A DNA stretch of 64,000 bases from Dehalococcoidales bacterium (GCA_041656115.1 JBBAED010000004.1:10186-74185), one strand, 5' to 3'; positions 30,815 to 40,730 are shown, numbered from the stretch's first letter. Notes: generated by a model from the letters alone, not told the origin. Numbers and translations are program-made.

Positions 30815-31310
30815 GTGATGAGCCTGTTGGATGGTTCAAGGGACGAGAACAAAAGAGGATTGCCATCCGTCCGCCGTTATGGTTCGACAGGCTCACCACG
30901 AACGGCTAAACCCCTGTCTTTGCGAGCGCAGCAAAGCAATCCTTCACTGTCTTTCAGAGCGAAGCGAAGAATCTCATATAGATTAAATTCCTTGGAGATT
31001 GCCACGTCACTCGCACAAGGCTCGCTCCTCGCAAAGACGTTTTTATTATTGTCATTCTGAGCTTGTCGAAGAATCTGGGAGTTAGCGAATAGTGCAGCGT
31101 TCGGTAACGAATTTTAGAGTAGGACGCCGCCTCTTTTTTGTTGCCGAGGCGACCTCATAGCCTATACTTCCCTTCCTCTTAGATCCTTCACTGCGTTCAG
31201 GATGACAAAAGTGATGTCTTTGCGAGCGCAGCGAAGCAATCTCATATAAATTCGTGTGAGATTGCCACGTCATTCGCCTAAAAGCTCCTTCCTCGCAAAG
31301 ACGGTGTAAC
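30815..31310. repeat. nest of MITE-like intergenic repeats (families A, B, C) #2
   Basis: Family-C fragment, two B-like hairpin units and one complete family-A unit (GTCATTCTGAGCTTGTCGAAG…GTTCAGGATGACAAAA). Confidence 0.85.
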
Positions 31311-31543
31311 CCTCTGCAACAATGCACCGGATTGATGTACACTATCAGGGGTGTTCTTTTAGGAGCAATTGCGATAGTTATCAACGTTAGTTTAATAATA
31401 TACGGAATATTTAGATTAATCGTCGGTGGCGGTATTATTTAGGCGGAAGTCACAAAATTTCGTAAAAAACCATTCGATTAGTATTCTATATCCGACCGTA
31501 TCGGTGTATAATTAACCGAGGAGCAACTTTAGGAGGGATAGAA

Positions 31544-32458
31544 ATGTTAGCACCGGCAATCGTTTTTTTAGTTATCGTTTTTGTAATCTTATTTCTGATT
31601 ATGGGTATTTATACCGTTAAGCAGCAGACTTTCGCCGTAATTGAGCGGTTTGGGAAGTTTGCCAGAATCGCCGGGCCGGGGCTTCATATCAAATGGCCGA
31701 TAATTGAGAGCGTTGTCGGGCGTGTTTCGATTAGAGTTAGGGAATTAAATGTCGAGGTCAAGACAAAAACCATTGATAATGTTTTCGTAAATCTTCTTAT
31801 TGCGGTTCAGTTTTTTGTAACCAAAGAAAAGGTTTGGGATGCCTTTTACAAACTGACCAATCCGTTGGCACAAATGGAATCCTTTGTTTTCGATACCGTC
31901 AGGGCGAAAGTCCCTCATATGAAATTGGACGAAGTCTTTGAGAAAAAGGAAGACATTGCCGAAGATATCGAAGCTAAGCTGGGCGATATAATGCCGGAGT
32001 TCGGCTACTTTATAAAGACGGCCCTGGTAAACGACATTGTCCCCGACAGTAAAGTAGCGACCGCAATGAATGAGATCAATGCACAGGAAAGAATGAGGGT
32101 TGCCGCCGAGCATAGGGGCGAAGCCGAAAAAATCTTGGTGGTTAAAGCGGCTGAAGCCGATGCCAGAAGTAAGGAGTTATCGGGTATCGGTGTTGCCAAT
32201 CAGAGGATGGCGATTATTAAGGGTTTACGCGAATCGGTGGAAGACTTCCAACAGGCGATTAAGGGAATTGATGCCCGAGATGTTATGTCGCTTGTCCTTT
32301 TGACCCAATATTACGATATGCTGACCGATGTCGGGAAGCACTCCAATAATAACACGATTCTTATTCCGCACTCGCCGGGAGCAGTTGGGGATTTCCAACA
32401 GCAGATTTTGACATCTTTGCTTGCAGCCGACAAGGCTTCGGAAGAACATAAGAAATAG
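31544..32458 (+). CDS. SPFH/band-7 (stomatin/prohibitin-like) membrane protein
   Basis: 304 aa, N-terminal TM anchor then band-7 core (YTVKQQTFAVIERFGKF…VNLLIAVQF). Confidence 0.8.
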   Translation: MLAPAIVFLVIVFVILFLIMGIYTVKQQTFAVIERFGKFARIAGPGLHIKWPIIESVVGRVSIRVRELNVEVKTKTIDNVFVNLLIAVQFFVTKEKVWDAFYKLTNPLAQMESFVFDTVRAKVPHMKLDEVFEKKEDIAEDIEAKLGDIMPEFGYFIKTALVNDIVPDSKVATAMNEINAQERMRVAAEHRGEAEKILVVKAAEADARSKELSGIGVANQRMAIIKGLRESVEDFQQAIKGIDARDVMSLVLLTQYYDMLTDVGKHSNNNTILIPHSPGAVGDFQQQILTSLLAADKASEEHKK

Positions 32459-32544
32459 TTTTAAAAGTTTATGACATTAAGCCACGTCTTGTTCCATCGA
32501 GGCGTGGCTTTTTTGTTTCCTTTTGTCTTTCAGGGCACTTCCTT

Positions 32545-32705
32545 TGTCATTCTGAGCTTGTCGAAGAATCTAGGGGTTAGCGAATAGTGCAGTGTTTGGT
32601 TACGGATTTTACGGTAGGGCGATGCCTCTTTCTTGTTCCCGAGAATGACTCATAGCCTAAATTTCCCGTCCTCTTAGATCCTTCACTGCGTTCAGGATGA
32701 CAAAT
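32545..32705. repeat. single complete family-A MITE-like element
   Basis: TTTGTCATTCTGAGC … GTTCAGGATGACAAA, about 160 bp with imperfect 15-bp terminal inverted repeats. It lies ~140 bp upstream of the large surface-protein gene. Confidence 0.85.
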
Positions 32706-32843
32706 GAAGAAAAAGCAAGATGACAAGGGAAAAAACAAGGCGACAAGGGGGAAAATACAGGAAATCAGCAAAAATCTCATACAGACCAAAGCCCTTACCC
32801 GTTCATTTTGACCCGCCAATAATTTATGTTATAAAATAGCCGA

Positions 32844-35800
32844 ATGTTAATAAAAAGGCTTCTCTTATTTCTTGTTTCAGCCGTAATAATATTCACTTTT
32901 ATCCCCGGTAGCGAAGCCTTTATCGCCCAAGGCGCATCAAATCTTGCCCGCTGGCAGATAGCAAATATCCCAAAACAGGGTGCCGAACAAGGTTGGTTTT
33001 TGGCAGACGGTTCGGATGTAACATGCCTTGCTCAAGATGATAGCGGCATCCTCTATGCCGGGGTAAGCGATTCAAAATCAAACCTTTATAAATCGGTCGA
33101 TGGGGGCAATAACTGGCAAAAAATAGAAGGCAATGCCGATGCACCAATCAACACCATTCTTATCTACAACAACACCGTTTACAGCACAACCAACACTCAA
33201 ATTTACAAAATAACAGATAACGCCAATGTTGCCGTTGCATTTTTACCGAGTCACTTTACCGAACCGGGAACTGTTATAACCTCAATCGATATTTCTTTTT
33301 ATAACGGTGGTACCGCAATCCTTGTCGGTACTAAAAACGAAAATAGCGGCAAATTCGGCGGTGTATATCTAATTAGCGGCAATCCGTTTACTCAGTGGCA
33401 GGATTTGGGTTTAGCGGGCTGTGACGTGTATTCTGTGGCATTCTCTCCCCGCTTTAGCGAGGATAATACGGTAATAGCTTTGGCCGCTAACGAAACGCAA
33501 ACATTTGTTACTCGCAAAGAAGGAAGCGCTGATTGGAGCGCTGCCGTTAGTAACATTGTTTTTAAAGATAAAAATACGGGAAACCCGATCCCTAAATTTG
33601 AATCTGCCAAAATTGTTTTTCCGAAAAACCGCCGCTTAGACTTTTTTGATGATACCTACTTGTTTTATGCCGCTTTAAACACCGGTTCCGATAGCGGCGG
33701 CGTTTATTCCGGTTACAGCAGCCGCAATCCCGAGTATTCCCTAATCGAAGACCTAAACATTGGCGGCTCTAACGGTATTGATATCAGCAGCTTGGATATA
33801 TTGGAATGCGGCGATAGTGAATATATTATCGCAGGTTCTGCCGCAACCGATAATATTTACACAAGCTTTGACGGCGGAATAAGTTGGAAACAGAGCCAAA
33901 AATCACCCGGGGGCGAAAAAGTAACCTCCGTTCTTTTTTCCGCAGATTATAAAAATGACGGTAAAGCCTACTGTACGACCGCAGGCAACGAAAGTGCCTT
34001 TTCGATTAGTATTGATAACGGTCGAAATTGGAACCAGTACAAATTTATTGATGCAAAAATCGATAATATAGTTGACGTAGCCGTTTCTGACGGGCTTGGA
34101 AGTAACCAAACTTTATTTTTACTTACCGAAGGAAACGGATACAGCATATGGCGCACTGGCGATGATTGCCGCAGCTGGCGAAGGGTTTTTGTGGGAAGTT
34201 CCGATATAACTATCGATAAAATAGACGTTTCACCGGAGTACGGAAACGCAAAACAGGTACTCTACTTTTACGGGAGCCGCGGAGGTACGCCGACACTTTG
34301 GAATTCCGAAAACAGCGGGAACGGTTTTTCGGAATTACCCATGCCGTTTGAAGCAGACTGTTGGCAGATTATAAATGATGATTCATTTTTTATTGCCGGT
34401 TTTGACGGCAGTAATGCGCTTCTTTATCGCACCGTTGACGGCGGCGCGCATTATAAGTACAAAACAATTATTAACAGCCAGGCGCTCACGTCAATTGCAC
34501 TTTCACCTGATTACGCAAACGATAAAACAATGCTTGTCGGTAATTGCAACGGTGAGGTTTATTTTTCAACCGATGAAGGGATTACCTTTTTGCCGCCGGG
34601 GAACATTTTGTCACCGCTAAGCGGTGATGTCAGTATCGCCTTTAGCGCTGCTTTTCAGGAGAATAAAACCGTTTACGCTGCCGGCAGTGCGGTAAATAAC
34701 GGAATTTTTGAGTTTGTAATCGGAGAGAGTACAGTTTGGGAAGCTGTTGATGATTCGCTTCCTGCGGGTGCGATGATAACAGACCTCAAGATATCCCAAT
34801 CCGGCGTTTTGTATGCAGTAAACCAACAACAAGTTGCAAGCGGCAGTGTTCCAAAGGGCGGCATAGAGCGCAGTTTATGTGCTGCAGACCCCTTTGAAAC
34901 CTTTGTAAGAGGGTTGGAAATAAATACAACCCTTACCGATTTAAAGCTTTGCGGCAGTGCGCTATGGTCTATTGATACAACACATAACAGCCTGCTCTTT
35001 TTTAAAGATACCCTTTCCGAACAAGTTAACCTTACATCTCCCGCAAATCGTGCAATAGTTAAAGGGAATGCCTCTTGGGGGAAGATAAAAGATGTTTTAC
35101 TGGATTGGGAAACATTGGAGGGCGCCGGAAGCTACAATTGGCAGGTTAGTAAAAATGCGGGTTTTTCTTCAATTATCGGCGAGGGAACCACGACCGCCGG
35201 TTCGGTTTTAACAGACTTATCGGAAACGGATGGGGTTTACTACTGGCGTGTAAGAGCGGTTACACCGCTCCTCAGCCCTTGGTCGAAAACTCAATTATTT
35301 TCGCTTCAAGCGCTAATACCGCTTACAACACCTCAGTTAAAAACCCCCGCACCCGGTGCCGTAAATGTCCCCCTAAGTGCGCTTTTCCAGTGGGATAAAG
35401 TAAACAGTGCAAGCGGTTACGAGCTTGAGATATCGGCCGAGAATGATTTTCAAAATCCATTTATATGTATTCGGGGTAGCGACTCTCTGCCGATAAACGC
35501 CTGGCAAAATAGCGCAGAATTCGAATATAACCGTACTTATTACTGGCATGTGCGTGCGGTAAACGAAGATACAATCGGTGATTGGAGCGCGGTAGGGGTC
35601 TTTGCCACAATAGATAAAGAGGATTCTCAAACAACAGTCACTGCCGATACATCTCAACCCCAAATAACGCAAACTGTAACCGTTGAAAAGGTAACAACAG
35701 CACTGGTCACGGAGTTTGGTACGGTAACCGTTACCCAAACCGAACAAGTAACTATCCCCATCGGGCAAGAAGATTCAATACCGGATTGGTTTTATTACGC

Positions 35801-35873
35801 GTTTAGATTTATGGCAATAGTAATCGTTTTGCTTTTAGCAGCAATCCTGGTCATCGTAATGAAAAGAGGATAG
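32844..35873 (+). CDS. large cell-surface protein: signal peptide, BNR/sortilin-like repeats, FN3-like domains, Thr/Val-rich stalk, C-terminal TM anchor
   Basis: 1009 aa. Repeated S-x-D-x-G-x-x-W/F motifs (SVDGGNNWQ, SFDGGISWK, SIDNGRNWN, TVDGGAHY, STDEGITF). FN3-like segments with conserved W…YYWRVRAV. TVTxTQ-rich linker, then hydrophobic helix and a KRG tail. Confidence 0.8.
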   Translation: MLIKRLLLFLVSAVIIFTFIPGSEAFIAQGASNLARWQIANIPKQGAEQGWFLADGSDVTCLAQDDSGILYAGVSDSKSNLYKSVDGGNNWQKIEGNADAPINTILIYNNTVYSTTNTQIYKITDNANVAVAFLPSHFTEPGTVITSIDISFYNGGTAILVGTKNENSGKFGGVYLISGNPFTQWQDLGLAGCDVYSVAFSPRFSEDNTVIALAANETQTFVTRKEGSADWSAAVSNIVFKDKNTGNPIPKFESAKIVFPKNRRLDFFDDTYLFYAALNTGSDSGGVYSGYSSRNPEYSLIEDLNIGGSNGIDISSLDILECGDSEYIIAGSAATDNIYTSFDGGISWKQSQKSPGGEKVTSVLFSADYKNDGKAYCTTAGNESAFSISIDNGRNWNQYKFIDAKIDNIVDVAVSDGLGSNQTLFLLTEGNGYSIWRTGDDCRSWRRVFVGSSDITIDKIDVSPEYGNAKQVLYFYGSRGGTPTLWNSENSGNGFSELPMPFEADCWQIINDDSFFIAGFDGSNALLYRTVDGGAHYKYKTIINSQALTSIALSPDYANDKTMLVGNCNGEVYFSTDEGITFLPPGNILSPLSGDVSIAFSAAFQENKTVYAAGSAVNNGIFEFVIGESTVWEAVDDSLPAGAMITDLKISQSGVLYAVNQQQVASGSVPKGGIERSLCAADPFETFVRGLEINTTLTDLKLCGSALWSIDTTHNSLLFFKDTLSEQVNLTSPANRAIVKGNASWGKIKDVLLDWETLEGAGSYNWQVSKNAGFSSIIGEGTTTAGSVLTDLSETDGVYYWRVRAVTPLLSPWSKTQLFSLQALIPLTTPQLKTPAPGAVNVPLSALFQWDKVNSASGYELEISAENDFQNPFICIRGSDSLPINAWQNSAEFEYNRTYYWHVRAVNEDTIGDWSAVGVFATIDKEDSQTTVTADTSQPQITQTVTVEKVTTALVTEFGTVTVTQTEQVTIPIGQEDSIPDWFYYAFRFMAIVIVLLLAAILVIVMKRG

Positions 35874-35875
35874 GG

Positions 35876-36508
35876 TTAAAGATCAAGCAGGGTAACCTGC
35901 ATCGAAAGCGGAAGTCTGTTCTTGGTAATTGAAAGCTTCGGCAAAGGCGTTGTGTCGTGCGCGCCGATTTCTTTTAAGAATTTCTCAATCGGATCAAGCT
36001 CACGGTTTAGTAAAGGGGTCCCGTAATGCATCGGTATCACTATTTTGGGCTCAATTTGGCGTACAACGGATGCCGCTGCGGCTGCGTTGATTGTTGAGAC
36101 ACCGCCAACCGGTAACATCAGTATATCAACGGTTCCCAGTTCTTCGAGTTGGTCTTCGGTTAAGGGATACCCCAAATCGCCGAGGTGGCAAATACTAACG
36201 TCGTCTATCTCAATCAAATAAACGGTATTCTTGCCCCTTAGCGAGCCATGTTCGTTATCGTGATAAGAAGGAAGCCCGATAACCAGAACATCGCTGATTT
36301 CGTATTCGCCCGGACCGGTTATTACGTAAGGATCGCCGTTAATAGCGCTGACGTTGGAGTGTCCGGGGTGATTATGACTAACGGTAACAATATCGGCGCT
36401 CTGTTTACCGAGCGTATAGCCGATACCCGCCGAAAACGGGTCGGTGATAACGGTCGCCTGTTTCCCTTTAATCTTAAAACACGAATGTCCGAGCCAATTA
36501 ATATCCAT
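35876..36508 (-). CDS. metallo-beta-lactamase-fold hydrolase (UPF0173-like)
   Basis: 210 aa with the MBL metal motif VSHNHPGH and downstream His/Asp ligands. Confidence 0.75.
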   Translation of the reverse strand: MDINWLGHSCFKIKGKQATVITDPFSAGIGYTLGKQSADIVTVSHNHPGHSNVSAINGDPYVITGPGEYEISDVLVIGLPSYHDNEHGSLRGKNTVYLIEIDDVSICHLGDLGYPLTEDQLEELGTVDILMLPVGGVSTINAAAAASVVRQIEPKIVIPMHYGTPLLNRELDPIEKFLKEIGAHDTTPLPKLSITKNRLPLSMQVTLLDL

Positions 36509-36607
36509 ATTCTTAGCGTAAGTGTATCATAAACAGCTTTAAACGGTCAATTAAAAAAGACTAAAATATACTGAACCGTTTGCCGATTATGGTATGATAT
36601 AGCTGTT

Positions 36608-37345
36608 ATGAAATACGCATTGTTAGCCGATATTCACTCTAACTTGGAAGCATTGACTGCCGTCCTTGAAGATATTGACAAGCGCGCTGCCGTTGATGAG
36701 CTTTGGATAATGGGTGATACTGTCGGTTATGGCCCCAATCCGTCAGAATGCATTAAACTCCTGCGTAGTCGCAAGCATACCGCCGTTTGCGGTAACCACG
36801 ATATTTATTGTGCCGACGCTCCGGAGTCCCTTTATATTTTCGGCCCCGAAGCCTTTACTTCCTGTCGTTGGACCGCAAGCGTTTTGACAGCGGAGGATAT
36901 TGAATATCTTAAAGACTTGCCCAATGTTGCCGAGCGTGACGATTTCATGCTGGTACACGGCAGCCCGCGTGAGCCGTTATGGGAATATGTGATATCGCAG
37001 AGTGTGGCGCTTGTTAATTTTGATTATTTTCGTAATAAATACTGCCTGGTAGGACACTCGCACACGCCTCTCATTTTTAAGCTGGATGAAAACAAAAACT
37101 GCGTTGGTGTACCGTTTACGGAAAATATCGGAGTGGTGCTCGGTAAGGACAAAATGATTATTAACCCGGGCAGTGTCGGGCAGCCGAGAGATGAAGACCC
37201 GCGCGCAAGCTATGCCATTTATGATAGCGAAAGCAAGGTAATCAGGTTGTATCGCGTGCCGTACGATATAAAACTGACCCAGCAAAAAATGATTAAACAG
37301 AATTTGCCGATACGTTTAATATCTCGTTTAGAGAAAGGTTTATAA
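36608..37345 (+). CDS. calcineurin-like metallophosphoesterase
   Basis: LLADIHSNLEAL, GDTVGYGP and GNHD motifs of the MPP superfamily. Confidence 0.75.
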   Translation: MKYALLADIHSNLEALTAVLEDIDKRAAVDELWIMGDTVGYGPNPSECIKLLRSRKHTAVCGNHDIYCADAPESLYIFGPEAFTSCRWTASVLTAEDIEYLKDLPNVAERDDFMLVHGSPREPLWEYVISQSVALVNFDYFRNKYCLVGHSHTPLIFKLDENKNCVGVPFTENIGVVLGKDKMIINPGSVGQPRDEDPRASYAIYDSESKVIRLYRVPYDIKLTQQKMIKQNLPIRLISRLEKGL

Positions 37346-37347
37346 AT

Positions 37348-38241
37348 TTGAACAGCAATAACCGACAGCGTGATTTATTGGCGGAAACGCAGCGTTATTT
37401 ACGGCGCCTCGATTTAAAAGCGCGCAAAAAACTCGGACAGCATTTTCTTGTAGACGAAGATGCTTTAGCGGCAATCGTTTCGGCTGCCGAACTTACCGCC
37501 GATGACCTGGTTATCGAGGTGGGGCCGGGGTTGGGGGTTTTAACCGATGAACTGGTAAAAAAAGCCGGCGCCGTTGTTGCCGTTGAACTTGACGACCGGC
37601 TGGCGGAAATCCTTAGAAAGAAAATGACGGCAGCAACTAATTTTACCGTAGTTAATAAAGATATTTTAAAAGCCGAACCGCAAGAGTTTCTGGCACAGCC
37701 GGTAGCGCTAAACGTCTTGAAAGGGGCTCAGCCGATTTATAAAGTGGTTGCAAACCTGCCCTATTATATTACCTCCGCCGTACTGCGCTATTTTCTGGAA
37801 GCTTTACCGCAGCCGTCTGTTATGGTTGTAATGGTGCAAAAGGAAGTCGCCGAAGCTATCGCTGCCGAACAGGGCAAAATGAGTCTGCTTAGCACCAGCA
37901 TACATTTCTACGGTAAGCCCGAAATTGTAAGGTACGTACCGGCAGCAAGTTTTTACCCGCCGCCCGAAGTTGATTCCGCCGTTTTAAAAATAAAAGTTTA
38001 CGATAAACCGCGTCTTGATATAGACGATGTTAACGGATTTTTTAATCTTGTTCGTGCCGGATTTGCCGCTTCGCGCAAGCAGCTCCCCAACTCACTGGCA
38101 CAGGGGTTAAAATGGGAAAAAGAAAGGGCGGTTGTACTTCTGGCAAAAGCCGAAATCGCTGCTAATCGCCGTGCGGAAACCCTCTCACTTGAGGAATGGG
38201 GGCAGCTCTGGGAGATATTTAAAGAGGATAACCAATGTTAA
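37348..38241 (+). CDS. rsmA: 16S rRNA (adenine1518/1519-N6)-dimethyltransferase
   Basis: TTG start. KKLGQHFLVD and the SAM-binding VEVGPGLGVLT motifs of KsgA. Confidence 0.85.
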   Translation: MNSNNRQRDLLAETQRYLRRLDLKARKKLGQHFLVDEDALAAIVSAAELTADDLVIEVGPGLGVLTDELVKKAGAVVAVELDDRLAEILRKKMTAATNFTVVNKDILKAEPQEFLAQPVALNVLKGAQPIYKVVANLPYYITSAVLRYFLEALPQPSVMVVMVQKEVAEAIAAEQGKMSLLSTSIHFYGKPEIVRYVPAASFYPPPEVDSAVLKIKVYDKPRLDIDDVNGFFNLVRAGFAASRKQLPNSLAQGLKWEKERAVVLLAKAEIAANRRAETLSLEEWGQLWEIFKEDNQC

Positions 38242-39080
38242 AAATTACCGCTCCCGCTAAAATAAATTTGACACTTGAGGTGCTTGCCAAGCGCAGCGAC
38301 GGTTATCACGAGATTAAAAGTGTTATTCAGGCAATTGATTTATGCGATACCTTGTCCTTTGAAAAAGGAGAGGGTCTTAATATAACGTGTGACGACCCGA
38401 ATTGGGAGAAAGAAAAAAGCCTGATTTTCAAAGCGGTAAACTTGCTTGCAGACGATTTGGATAGGCCTTTGGAGTGTAAAATTCACCTAAGTAAACGGAT
38501 CCCTTTACTTTCGGGGCTTGCCGGTGATTCCTCCGGCGCGGTAGCCGTGCTTAAAGGCTTGAATACCTTTTTGAATTTGGGCTATACAACCGAAAGGCTG
38601 GCAGGCCTGGCGGCCAAACTTGGCTCGGATACCACTTTTTTCTTATCGGGAGGCTCGGCCCTGATGCAAGGGCGGGGAGAAATCGTTGAACCCCTTCCTC
38701 CAATGCCTCCGACATGGGTCGTTTTAATGTTACCTCAAACAGAACGCGTAATCGGTAAAACCGCTAAAATGTACTCCGCTCTGAGAACGGATTTATTTAC
38801 CGCAGGAGAAAAAACTGATGCGCTTGTTGCCAGGCTGAAACGCGGCGAAGATATCGATAATGATATGCTTTATAACGTTTTTGAATATGTGGCGTATGAT
38901 ATTTATGAAGGGCTTGGAGTCCTGCGCGATGAATTTTTAAGTGCCGGAGCTCTGACCGTTCACCTTGCCGGCTCGGGGCCTTCTCTTTTTGCTTTGGTTG
39001 ATAGTGAAACGAATGCCCTTCGAATTTGTGAAAGGCTCAAAGCAAAAGGGTATTCAGCTTTTGCCTTAAAGACTCTTTGA
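38235..39080 (+). CDS. ispE: 4-diphosphocytidyl-2-C-methyl-D-erythritol kinase
   Basis: APAKINLTLEV N-terminus and the GHMP-kinase glycine motif PLLSGLAGDSSGA. Overlaps rsmA by 7 nt. Confidence 0.85.
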   Translation: MLKITAPAKINLTLEVLAKRSDGYHEIKSVIQAIDLCDTLSFEKGEGLNITCDDPNWEKEKSLIFKAVNLLADDLDRPLECKIHLSKRIPLLSGLAGDSSGAVAVLKGLNTFLNLGYTTERLAGLAAKLGSDTTFFLSGGSALMQGRGEIVEPLPPMPPTWVVLMLPQTERVIGKTAKMYSALRTDLFTAGEKTDALVARLKRGEDIDNDMLYNVFEYVAYDIYEGLGVLRDEFLSAGALTVHLAGSGPSLFALVDSETNALRICERLKAKGYSAFALKTL

Positions 39081-39084
39081 CGCA

Positions 39085-39880
39085 ACATTGAAGCCGTTTT
39101 ATCCCTCTTTAGCCGTTCGTAGGACCCTTAACGGGTCCCTCTTGTCATCCTGAATGTAATGAAGGATCTAAGAGGAAGGGAAGTATAGGCTATGAGGTCG
39201 CCTCAGAATCACGAAAGAGGAATCGCCCTACTGTATAAACAGTAACCAAACGCTGCACTATTCGCCAACCCTTAGATTCTTCGACAGACTCAGAATAACA
39301 AGTTATAAACGTCTTTGCGAGGAATAAGCCGTTAGGCGAACGACGTGGCAATCTCCTACAAATAGAATGCCTCTCGATTTATTAAGGATTACTTCGCTGC
39401 GCTCGCAAAGACAAGGTGCTTCTCAGCCGTTCGTGGTGAGCCTGTCGAACCATAACGGCGGCCGGATGGTAATCCTTGTCTACTCTCGTTCGTGGAACCC
39501 TTCGACAAGCTCAGGGCGAACGAGTCTTTTTTATCATCCTGTTTCCCTATTTTGTCATCCTGAACAGAGTGAAGGATCTAAGAGGACGAGAAGTATAGGC
39601 TATGAGTCATTCTCGGGAACAAGAAAGAGGCTTCGTCCTATTATAAATCCGCAACCGAACAGTGCACTATCCGCCAACTCCTAGATTCTTCGGCAAGCTC
39701 AGACCCTTCGACAGGCTCAGGGTGCTCGGAATTTGGATTGTCTTTGCGAGGAATGAGCGTAAGCGAACGACGTGGCAATCTCCAAGGAATTTAATCTATA
39801 TGAGATTCTTCGCTTCGCTCTGAAAGACAGTGGAGTTTATTTATTAGAGATTGCTTCGCTTACGCTCGCAAAGACAAAGA
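39085..39880. repeat. nest of MITE-like intergenic repeats (families A, B, C) #4, the largest at ~0.8 kb
   Basis: Order: reverse A unit, B unit, C unit (GCCGTTCGTGGTGAGCCTGTCGAACC…GGAACCCTTCGACAAGCTCAGGGCGAACGAG), second reverse A unit, two further B-type hairpins. Confidence 0.85.
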
Positions 39881-40001
39881 GAATTGCTTTAAATATATTC
39901 TAAAAGCTTAAAAATACATCGTTAAGTTATTCATTATTCAATTTCTTTGTGATACAATCAGGTGGTCGGCATTCCGCATTGGGAAATAAAATAGGGATTA
40001 T

Positions 40002-40730
40002 TTGATGAACTCGTCTATCGTTATTGAGAATCTTACCAAGTATTACGATGACTTTCTGGCATTGGATAATCTGTCGCTTACAATAGAGGGTAACGAAAAT
40101 ATCGGATTTTTAGGGCCCAACGGAGCCGGTAAAAGCACCACTTTAAAGATTTTATGCGGTCTTCTGCGCCCAACCTCCGGTAAAGCCTACATAAACGGTT
40201 TTAATATCGCTTCCGAGAAAGAAAAGGTCCTCTCCCAAATCGGTACAATTATTGAAACCACCGAATTTTACGGTTATTTAACCCCTGCGGAAACATTAAG
40301 CTACCTCGGTAAACTGCGCGGTATGAGTAGCGATGATTTACGTCGGCGTATCCCCCAAGTTATTGAAATGGTAAATCTGGAAAAGTGGCTTAATATTAAA
40401 ATCGAAAAGTTTTCACGCGGTATGAAGCAGCGCTTGGCTTTAGCGCAAACCTTACTGCACGACCCGCCGATTCTTATCTTTGATGAACCGGCTTTAGGTT
40501 TAGACCCCAGGGCGGTGATTGAATTTAGGCGAATAATTATCGAAGCCGGAAAAGATAAAACTGTCTTTTTTGCCTCTCACCAATTAAGCGAAGTCGCTCA
40601 AATATGCAAACACGTCGCGATTATAGACCGCGGCAAACTGCTCGGTTACGACGCTATCGAAAACTTGGAGCGCGATTACGGCTCTTTAGAGAATGCCTAT
40701 CTCGAGTTAACGGGGGTTCCGAGTGAGTGA
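40002..40730 (+). CDS. ABC transporter ATP-binding protein
   Basis: Walker A GPNGAGKST, signature FSRGMKQR, Walker B ILIFDEPALGLD. Confidence 0.85.
   Translation: MMNSSIVIENLTKYYDDFLALDNLSLTIEGNENIGFLGPNGAGKSTTLKILCGLLRPTSGKAYINGFNIASEKEKVLSQIGTIIETTEFYGYLTPAETLSYLGKLRGMSSDDLRRRIPQVIEMVNLEKWLNIKIEKFSRGMKQRLALAQTLLHDPPILIFDEPALGLDPRAVIEFRRIIIEAGKDKTVFFASHQLSEVAQICKHVAIIDRGKLLGYDAIENLERDYGSLENAYLELTGVPSE

Noticed and set aside
31082-31384. ORF-track proteins inside repeat nests (31082..31384-, 32577..32819-, 39367..39684+, 46456..46698+, 50971..51174+, 51271..51546+, 60690..60875+, 6024..6206-, 6033..6266+), several sharing MTWQS… or …CHPERSEGSKR… peptides.
   Set aside because: They are the same repeat DNA translated in a fixed frame. 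They have no RBS and no coding composition, and they recur because the repeat recurs.
39085-39880. Considered whether the dense intergenic repeats are CRISPR arrays.
   Set aside because: The units are 90-160 bp, of three different kinds, occur in both orientations, and are not separated by unique spacers of uniform length. No cas genes are nearby.
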